A stretch of DNA of 62,763 nt, counting the filler, from Kipferlia bialata (lineage: Eukaryota): assembly GCA_003568945.1 (NCBI GenBank). It is 4 parts of 4 records of this genome, joined end to end, with 100 filler letters (N's around TTAATTAATTAA, not from the genome) between each part and the next. Parts side by side here need not be neighbours in the genome. Positions count along the whole stretch, not along the records: positions 53,379 to 62,763 come from BDIP01000522.1; 3 more parts are not named here. The stretch is one strand, 5' to 3'. Position 1 is the first letter of the stretch. Each line of letters starts with the position of its first letter. The position numbers and the translations under genes were made by a program. This document shows positions 54,029-62,763 of this stretch, one piece after another. A model generated the notes under the pieces. That model had not been told where the DNA came from and did no database searches. It saw only the letters and a list, made by a program, of their open reading frames with translations.

Positions 54029-54322
54029 AGAGACCCTCTCCGTCTGTCCTCCCAGTAGAGATGTCAGGACTGGTGCCAGGGTACTAGGGCACGATGTCAG
54101 ATGTGAGAGATCATCTGCTGAGCAACCATTTTCATAACAAACCCATAAACAGTGTACAACAGTGTCTGGATGGGATGAGTACAACTTGTAATGTAATGGT
54201 GTTTAAACTTTGTTTTCCCGTCTACTTGTATTATGTGAAGAGGCAGAAATAGTCCTCTAACGAGATACACTCGATGACTGGCAGGTATACTATGAATCTA
54301 ACTACTTATGTCTCCTGGCCTA

Positions 54323-55339
54323 CTATTCTACCGACTCTGAGTCCCCATCTCCCAGAGGTGTGACGGAGGTGACCTGGACAGTCTCCTGAGCAAAGAGAAG
54401 GCTAAAGACCGGTCCGCTGAACTCACACAACTCAACGTGGGTGGGGTCGGTTATGCACACCAGGGTGCGACAGTCGAGCACACACGCTGCTGGGGCGATG
54501 TAACGTAGATCCCACGGCACCTCTCTGAGCCTGGTAAGCTTCGTGTCGCCTGACACCTCGTCCACCATATCTAGTGCCCTGGTAGCAGGGGAGAACAGGA
54601 CGGGATAGTCCTGGTACTCACCCATGGGGAGAGACCAGGGGCGGCATCTGTACCTCTGTGGCATGGGAGACACCAGTTGTTCTGTGCGCCAGCCTGCGAC
54701 AGGAGAGTATGTCACATGGGTGTCCCCATAGATGAAGTGACTCTGCCCCCTACAGACACACTCACTGGCAAATACAGCACCGCTATCCATGCGCACCTTA
54801 GGAGGGCGGGGACACATGTTTGTCTCACCAGTGAGTGGGTCAATGGACCACATGTGTCTGTAGTAGAAGGACACGGCATACACAACGTTGTCAATGCTGA
54901 AGAGGGAGACAAGTGGAGATGGTCGATGCCACTCTCTCTTCAGTACTGCAGGCACCGGTACCTCTCTCCACTGTCTATCGTCCAGAGACATGATGTGCAC
55001 GCAACCACTAACAGGGGAGGTCACTGCCAGGTGGGAGTCCGTAACAGTGAGGGCATTGGCGAAGTCTCCTCCATCAATGACATCGTAGGGTGGAAGGATA
55101 TGTTCACGATTGAGTAGGCCATCTGCACCAAAACCATGGTAGAGGTAGATGGTCCTTTCAGGTATGTTATGGAATCTCTGTTTTGCCAGTACAGCTATAC
55201 AGTCATCACTGACCCTAGCAGCAGCCAGTGCCCACTCATCCCACTCGTCAAACAGCTGAGGGAGGTCTATATCTTGCCTCAGCGGTACCTGGCGTATGAT
55301 CATTGAGACCGGGGTGTCACCAAGGGTGTCAATATCCAT
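54323..55339 (-). CDS. Intronless divergent kelch-like/beta-propeller protein (338 aa)
   Basis: Clean ORF with IMSLDDRQWREV, SIDNVVYAV, MWSIDPLTG, HVTYSPVAGW and DEVSGD. Same length class and C-terminal pattern as the other kelch-like ORFs. Confidence 0.7.
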   Translation of the reverse strand: MDIDTLGDTPVSMIIRQVPLRQDIDLPQLFDEWDEWALAAARVSDDCIAVLAKQRFHNIPERTIYLYHGFGADGLLNREHILPPYDVIDGGDFANALTVTDSHLAVTSPVSGCVHIMSLDDRQWREVPVPAVLKREWHRPSPLVSLFSIDNVVYAVSFYYRHMWSIDPLTGETNMCPRPPKVRMDSGAVFASECVCRGQSHFIYGDTHVTYSPVAGWRTEQLVSPMPQRYRCRPWSLPMGEYQDYPVLFSPATRALDMVDEVSGDTKLTRLREVPWDLRYIAPAACVLDCRTLVCITDPTHVELCEFSGPVFSLLFAQETVQVTSVTPLGDGDSESVE

Positions 55340-55924
55340 CTGGGTGTGTGGTAATTACCGACTGGATAAGGAGTGTATACCTCACAGTGATAAGGGGCAT
55401 TGACACTGTACACATATGGCTTGGTCTTGGGTGATGACTCTACAGCACAGTATTGCCTGACGAGGCGTCAGTGACGATACATGTCACAGCCTGGGATCTT
55501 GCTCACTGTAAAGTCTACAGTTTAGAGTCTGCAGCAGAGCCGGCGCCATATCACATGCACTACGCAAACTTTGCGGCAAAGTGGGAGGTTGAGATTATCA
55601 GGACAGTAGCCATAGAAGTGTCCTTACTAAGGACCTTAGTGGATTAATAGTTAATGGCAAAATACCTGTTGGTTAGATTTTCATACTATTGAGACTGAGT
55701 CATTCACTGACCAAGTATCTGACGATTACGAGATACGAGTATTAATCGACCTCTGACACTCTCTCATGTTCGGGAATTCTTTGAAAAGTGAAACTCTCTT
55801 ACATAGGTTCTCAACTTGCTTTTGATACCTGTATAGGTAGTATATTATACCCTATTGGCGGGGTTCTCAATGAGGACTCCTCATTCGATTCTTTCTATGA
55901 TCTGTATCTTCCTTACTGCCTAGT

Positions 55925-57021
55925 ATGCCCCCTCTGCTGACGTGGGACGAGCATGACCCAGGGGACCCAGGGGCTCAGGCTGTGTACTACGCCATGCACT
56001 CCATTCCCCACTGCCTGGCCCATGAGTGGCCAGAGTTCGACTGGGAGCACAGTCCTACCTCAGTGTGCATAGATGACCCAGAGAGACAGGGGTTAGTGGT
56101 GCCTACTATGATGAAGATATCGATGCTTAACATATACGGCCACATCAGGGAAATCGGAGCAAGTATCAGACAAGGACAACACCAGGAGGAAGATGTGTCC
56201 ACTAGGATGGAGTGGTGTAACGAGTATGGAGAGTATGCAGGGTATGCGGGCGACTCTAGGGGTTTCTCAATCACAAGGGTTGGAGGTGAGGTGCGCCTGT
56301 TTGGGGGGAAGAAGGGAGGGAGGATCCACAATGACCACTTGAGACTGCGCCTAGACGATAGGGAGTGGCGGATGGTGAGAGGGGAGGGGCCCAAGTGCTA
56401 CCGACACATTGCTGCCTGCCTGGAGAACATGCTTTGCGTTGTGACAAGTGGAGATGTCCATGTTAAATCACGTTACTGGCATTGCGTGACTGGGAGTGAC
56501 ACTCACAGACCCTGCGTGGATGCCTATAGGTGGGTATGTATATCAATTTCAACAGTTAACTTGTGCAATTGGCGTCTTGTTTGTATTCACACCCCAGCTG
56601 GGGCCAAGTTGTGGTAGATGACACTCTTCATCTATTTGGGTACCCTTGGAGGCTGGGTTGTAGCGAGGCCGAGCACCACACATTCAGGTGGTGTACTAAG
56701 AATTGTCTACTTTGTTGTTGTCCAACTTGTCAGGAGGGAACTCGCAAAGCTATCACTCTAACAACAGCCTTCGCACCTGTGCCTGGACGTCTGAGTCAGC
56801 CCCGAGAGATGTCGTGTATCGAGACAGACGTGGCAGACCGACCAGACCTATTCTGAAGGTATTGGACACCGCCAGTACCATACGTGGCTAGGTTCGATGT
56901 AGTTACCAACCATCAGGCATGGGGACGCGTCATCATCATCTACACCCAGACGCACATCACTCTATATGACACAGTGAGCGGGGAGTACAAGGTGGTCCAG
57001 AGTCGGTATGCAAGGTCATAG
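55925..57021 (+). CDS. Kelch-like protein, possibly degenerate or a pseudogene
   Basis: First exon has RVGGEVRLFGG...LRLDDREWRMV, second has VVDDTLHLFG, and the 3' part has ITLYDTVSGEY. I could not splice the 3' part without a stop (TGA 56854-56856). Confidence 0.5.
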
Positions 57022-57122
57022 GAGGGAGCATTCTTGGGAAGTTGGCTAGGGACTCACATAGTCATATCAAATTCAATGTATGACAGAAGCTAGTAGCTTC
57101 AAGCTACATAAAAGAATATCTA

Positions 57123-57161
57123 ATAGATATTATAGATATTATAGATATTATAGATATTATA
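57123..57161. repeat. (TAGATATTA)n minisatellite, about 4 copies
   Basis: Direct reading. Confidence 0.85.
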
Positions 57162-57386
57162 TCTATCCATTCTCTGCACTTTCTGTTGTATGCATGCCAT
57201 AGAAGTAGACCATAAGTGTCTTAGCATCCCAGTTACTCAACGAACACATGTACCTGACCCTCTATTGAATAGAGTCTATTCCACACTGGATAACCTACAT
57301 AACAGATAGGACTACATCCCATCATCCATAGGGACGTGGGTCATCTACCACATAGATGGCACTGTACGCATTCTACGACTACATCA

Positions 57387-57423
57387 TTGATTGATTGATA
57401 AATTGATTGATTGATTGATTGAT
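57387..57423. repeat. (TTGA)n microsatellite
   Basis: Direct reading. Confidence 0.85.
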
Positions 57424-57586
57424 GCTAGTACCTAGGTACAGTGACTGTAGAGACTGTAGTCCACACTGTATTGTGCCGAAAGCGTTTCGGCAAAAGAGAC
57501 CTCCAAAACACCAAGAGTGAGACCTGCACTGTTGAGCGCATCAGTGTATGTGACTTCACATGGTCTTCTTTGTGACGCGTAACACG

Positions 57587-60394
57587 ATGGCAACTGCTGT
57601 GACACAGGCAAAGAAGGTGGCATCTCTGACTGGAGGGGGTTCTCTGTGGTGGGTGGGAGGCCAGGACTGGGACGCACGGGACTGGCACGGTATGTACTGT
57701 AGTGACAATAATAACAACATGTTGAGTGCGTTCACCGCTATATTCGGAGAAGCTAGTGACGGTTATTAGTAGTATGTCTCTACCGCTTGACTCGTAGGCT
57801 TCCAGATTGAGGGCACAACCTATGGGGCCTACCTCATTGAGTCGCAGGTATCATCACTGTAGACCACACCCATTCCCTGGTAGTACACACGTGCTCTGCA
57901 GCCACTGACCACTACTGTGTGTAGTTCCTTTATCACCCTACCTCCCACCCCACTAACCTCAGGGTGACTGTGTCCTGATCGACACAGTCAAGGCCTCCTT
58001 TGCAGACGAGCTACTCGACAGGGTCAGGAGTGTGGTGAAGCTGGAGGACGTGTCAAGGTGCGTACACGTGTTATTAACATACTTCGATTGTTGACATGTG
58101 ATATATGCATAATCTGGCTGGCGTCCCCGTACGTATGTCTCATCTGTCTCTGACCCCAGGCTCCTTGTACTACACTCAGAGCCTGACCACACATCAGGTA
58201 CAGAGCAGAGGGAGTGGTAGGCAGCTGTCGGCTCCCATCACCTTTCTGTGTGGTGACGGTACCGTATATATACTATACTGAATCAACTGCTGACCACGAG
58301 GAGTGAACCACGTTCTTGAGCACCTCCCCAACGCCAAGGTCACATGTGGAAAGGTGTGAGTAACACGTTGTGTTAGAGTACACCTCTATATACTAAGAGG
58401 GATATGTGTCGTTCAGCTTGCTATGTTTGGATCTCACCCTCAGAAGACCCGGCAGCTGATGCAGGCCCAGTACAGTCTGGACAGAGAGTGCCAGATACTG
58501 GAGTAAGTGTGGTGTATAGTATACACCATGTGTACTCATATTTAGTGGTTGCGATTATCTGTCAGGTCTTATCATCTACTGTCCTAACCTCAGACATGAC
58601 GACACACTCACTGTGGGCAACGCCACACTCAAGTTCGGGAAGGTACTACCAATATAGTACATATATGAACATAGTGTCACTAGTATACGCTACAATTGTA
58701 ACCCCAGGTCCCCATGCTGCACTGGCCCGACTCTTCCTATGCATACCTCATGGAGGACAAGGTCCTGTTCTCCAACGACGCATTCGGTACGATTACCTAT
58801 ATGTGCTACACTCCATGGTTGGTATATACACTGAGTGATCCACACCCAACCCAACCCCTAGGACAGCACTTCTGCGGGGACTACCCCTTCTGTGACCAGC
58901 ACGACAGGTGGGAGGGTGACGATGTATGTCACAGTCTGAGAATCATGTTTGTCTGTGGTGTTTGCAGGGCGTATTCTGAATCGGAGTGTCCAACACCAGG
59001 TCCCATGTGTCAAGGGAGATGAACTCATATGCAGCCAACATCCTCACACCATTCACCGGAGAGAAGGGTACGCGCTGTAATTATACTATGTTCTGGAGGT
59101 ATTTCTGAATCTTCCATACACACACCTATTCTGACCCCCAGGTACCATGAACAAGGGCCTGACCAGGGTACTGGCCACCACAGGGGGAGAGATCTCCACC
59201 ATCTGCCCATCCCACGGAGTCATGTTCAGGTAGAGTCTCATAGATTAGTGTCTTTATGTATCACTAGTCTTGCAGTAACCACCGGAGGCTGCTCTCACAC
59301 CCAGGACCCCTGAGGATGTCCAGATGGCCCTGGAGAGATACACGTCCTATGCCAACCAGACGCAGATCAGGCCAAAGGTATGTCGGGGGAGTGTAGTCAC
59401 ATCAACAATGCGATGACCTCATCCCCAGGTGCTGGTCCTCTACGACTCCATGTACGGCCACACGGTCACCATCGCAAGAGGTACTACTACTCTGCTCACT
59501 ACAAAGAACTCGACACTGATACTGATACTGCCACTACAATGGCATTGGGCTCCATCACTCAGCCCCAGCCATCGAGGAGGGAGTGTACTCGACTGGGGCA
59601 GAGGTCAAGCTTATGCACACAAGGCACACAGGTAGGGTCTATCTGGTGGGCATGTAGTCCTCTTGCTATAGGCTAATTATCCACAGTATGCTACTATCTC
59701 CGACTACACACGACTCTCACCCTATACCTTGAGCGCATAGCGACTGAGGCCTTCGACTCTGCCTGTGTGGCCATTGGCAGCCCTACTCTCAACATGACTG
59801 TCATGCCGTCAGTGCACAGCACCCTCGGGTACCTAAAGGGTATGTCACCCTCTATGTGTAACGCATAGTGTTCGTATATCAACAATCAGAACACTCACAC
59901 CAGGTCTTGAGCTTCTGAAGAACAAGCCAGTTGCGGCCTTTGGGTGCTACGGGTGGTGAGTCACTCTGCTAAATCGGAGTCCAAGTACAAATCTATGTCG
60001 TCTGTGGCTGCTCTCACTCGACTCTCTGAGCCTCTCACCCCAGGTCCATCAACAACATCAAGGAGATGCACAAACTCCTGGGAGATGCCAAGGTATATAT
60101 CCTATGGGGATGCATTAGTGTATTGTCAATTGCTTAGTTGTACCCAGCTGTGGTATCGTTCTCCTACACCTCTAACTCATAGGGTGAGGTCCTTGAGGAT
60201 CTGGCCGTCAAGCAGCTCTGGGCAGCATCAGGTAGGCATAGAGAGACAGTGTATGCATGTGTGTAATCAGTATAGTAGTTTGACACTCCTGAGTGTTGCT
60301 AGTGGCTCACCCCTTAGGTGACACTCTGGCCAGTGCCAGAGACCTGGGCATAGAGCTGGGGAAGAGGGCTCTTTCCAAGTGCAAGAAGGAGTGA
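57587..60394 (+). CDS. fprA: Flavodiiron protein (A-type flavoprotein, O2/NO reductase), many short introns
   Basis: Spliced motifs: WWVGGQDW..RDWHG, GTTYGAYLI, VLIDTVK, HSEPDHTSG, PMLHWPDS, LFSNDAFGQH, ICPSHG, LYDSMYGHT, AIGSPTLN and AFGCYGWS (metallo-beta-lactamase plus flavodoxin domains). ATG at 57587, TGA at 60392-60394. Confidence 0.93.
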
Positions 60395-60518
60395 AGCACT
60401 ACAACCAGGAGAGAGTGGGAGACGAGAGGTCCATAGACTTAGATCTAGCAGGGTGGATAGATTGAATAGATAGAACAGCTAGAGTTTACGATGTCTGACA
60501 CTTAGTGATAGTACAAGT

Positions 60519-62694
60519 CTATTTCCTCTGCTCTCTCTTCTTCCTCTGGGACCTCCCCTCCAGCACCCCTAGCCTGGCCTCTACCCCCTCCAGCCTCTGG
60601 CCAAAGGACCCCTGCATATGGGTAAGGGCCTCCAGCTGTCTAGCAATGTCACCTGGATGTTATGGATATAGGGGCTAACCATGGCTGGATGAAGAGTAGT
60701 ATGGGCAAAAAGGTGTATGTGATAGAGCCAGTGTATACCTAGTGTGCGTGTGAGGTCTGCGTTGAGCCCCTCCTGATGGGCTGCAGTCTCCACAGGCTGG
60801 GGTCTCTCCCCCCCTACTGCCCTGCCAGACACAGCAACAGACAGGGGAGCAGTGCTGGACATCGGCTGGGCGGGCTTGGGGGTCTCTCTCTCAGGTGCAG
60901 TCTCCCTCTCCCTCTCCCTCTCTCCCTCCCTCTCCTTGCTCTCCATGATGGTAGTGGATACTCTAGTCACCTCCCGCACCCCATCCCTCTCACTCGCCCT
61001 GCTCTTAGGTACTGGGGTCTCCCTGTGACCCTCACCGTCCATGGACCACATGAGCACCTGGGGGGTCAGTCACTATTAAATGTGTGTATTAGACGCACAC
61101 ACGCTGTACATCACACAATTGTACACCTATACACAAATCACACCTTCCCGTCTGCCCCCCCTGTCACAAACCCTGTGCCGTCTGGGGCACACGCCACTCC
61201 CTTGACTGGACCAGAGTGGGCCTTGATGGTGTAGGCGGTGCGGCCTGGGGTGAGGCAGGAATGGGTATATGTGTAGTACACTGGACGACATATATGTATG
61301 AGTGTAGATTATATATATAACGTACCCATGAGGGTGTCCAGCACCCGCGCTGTCCCGTCGTCACTCACAGAGATGAGGGCACGGCCCCTGGAGGGTAAGA
61401 GGAGAGAGAGAGAAACAGACAATATTCACACTGTGTGTATGGAATGCGAGTGGGAGTCTGACCCGTACCTTGGGTGCCAGGCCAGAGCATTGACACACCC
61501 ACTATGACACTCATAGTGCTGGGAGAGGAGCAGGGTCCTGGGGTGAGACATGGGCTAGAGTAGTATATTACCAAAGCACGCATCTGCTACACCCACCTAG
61601 TGTCCCATATCTGCACCCTGTCGCCCACCCCAGCTGCCAGCAGGGTGCCGTCTGGGGACCAGCACACACAGGATATGACAGATGCCGCATCCAGCACCAG
61701 GCCCTGCCCTAGGCCGATGGTGGAGACTGTCTCGTGGGTGCGGGTGTCCCAGACCCTGGGGGTCAGGGGGGAGAGAGAGGGGGAGAGAGATACTAAAGAC
61801 TATGTTCATGTCTCCCATGTATAGTATATATATACATATATGCACTTATTATCCCACCTGATGGTGCTGTCGTCTGATGCAGTGGCTATCAGTCTGCCAT
61901 CGGGACAGAAGGACGCGGCCCTGACAGTGAGGGGACCTAGGGATGGTACGACACTACATAATATCACATCCCACTCTCCAGATATATATACAAGTACACA
62001 CACTCCCACCTGACCCAGTTTGTGTGTCCTGTCAGAGTGTACTTGAACTTGAGACCCTCCACGTCCCACACCTATGGATTAGTGTGGCAGCGTGGGGAAG
62101 GGATACCCTTAGGGAGAGACTCATCCACCGGTGTATTATACACTAATGCATGTACCTTGGCCGTCTTGTCGTCTGATGCCGTCACCAGCTCATCTCCCTG
62201 CTCAGAGAAGGCAACCTGGGGGTGAGCACATAAACTGGTGTATACAATCTATAGGTGGAGAGAGAGAGAGAGAGAGCAGGAGACGTAACCCAGCGATACA
62301 GATAGGCCAAGATCAACACACCCATACCTGTCTGATTGGGCTAGTGTGCCCTCTCCTGTATATGCTGTCTCCTCTGACGGTGGGGGTCCAGAGCCTGTGT
62401 CAGAGACTAAGGAGAGACCAAGTACATGTCTCTATGTAACACCCACCTGATGGTGTTGTCGAATGATGCAGATGCCACGAGGTCAGAAGTAGGGGAGAAG
62501 GAGACAGAGACAGCCTTCTTGGAGTGGCCTGGGGTGAGGGGAGAACAGAAGAGTTCTGACGTCACATAAGTATAGAGTGAGTGGCAGAATCTCTAGTATA
62601 CTGAATAAAACCGCATGTACACTCACCCAGGAATCTGAATGCCCTCAGGGACGGCTCGAGGTTCCATATGAGGATAGCTTTGTCGTCACTGGCA
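60519..62694 (-). CDS. POC1: Centriolar WD40 protein POC1, 5' partial
   Basis: ASDDKAILIWNLEPSLRAFRFLG | HSKKAVSVSFSPTSDLVASASFDNTIR | WTPTVRGDS | LVTASDDKTAK | VWDVEGLKFKYTLTGHTNWVR | AASFCPDGRLIATASDD, plus C-terminal coiled coil LTRTLGDIARQLEALTHMQGSFGQRLEGVEARL, matching POC1 architecture. Confidence 0.88.
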
Positions 62695-62711
62695 CTGGGG
62701 TGAGGGGTGAT

Positions 62712-62763
<52 letters not shown>

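Noticed and set aside
62713..62763. Terminal G-run as a telomere
   Set aside because: It is a homopolymer inside a POC1 intron with no telomeric repeat unit. Similar runs flank other scaffold ends.

Overview
Eukaryotic, intron-rich genomic DNA made of four separate scaffold pieces joined by N-TTAATTAATTAA-N linkers (about 17717-17816, 35504-35603 and 53279-53378), plus internal N gaps. Introns are GT-AG, with the branch point immediately next to the acceptor (CTAAC/CTCAC-cccc-AG). Together with a flavodiiron gene and intronless kelch-like genes, this suggests an anaerobic fornicate/metamonad protist resembling Kipferlia (inference). Manually spliced genes include a 7-repeat FG-GAP type I membrane protein, a large FG-GAP/Ig-like-repeat surface protein, NPL4, POC1, a flavodiiron protein, the 3' end of a PP2A-A-type HEAT protein, an atypical kinase, several kelch-like proteins, a small Lys/Thr-rich basic protein and several hypotheticals. 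Most ORFs in the supplied track are microsatellite noise. The most striking unexplained structure is 'exon echoes'. In several genes the introns carry stacks of partial copies of the neighbouring exon, each with its own splice site and bounded by (TA)n/(TC)n/(GA)n microsatellites. These copies differ from the intact exon mostly at synonymous codon positions. This is either an undescribed exon-end turnover or splicing system, or haplotype stacking by the assembler; long reads and RNA-seq would decide. Exon boundaries were read by eye and may be off by a few bases.
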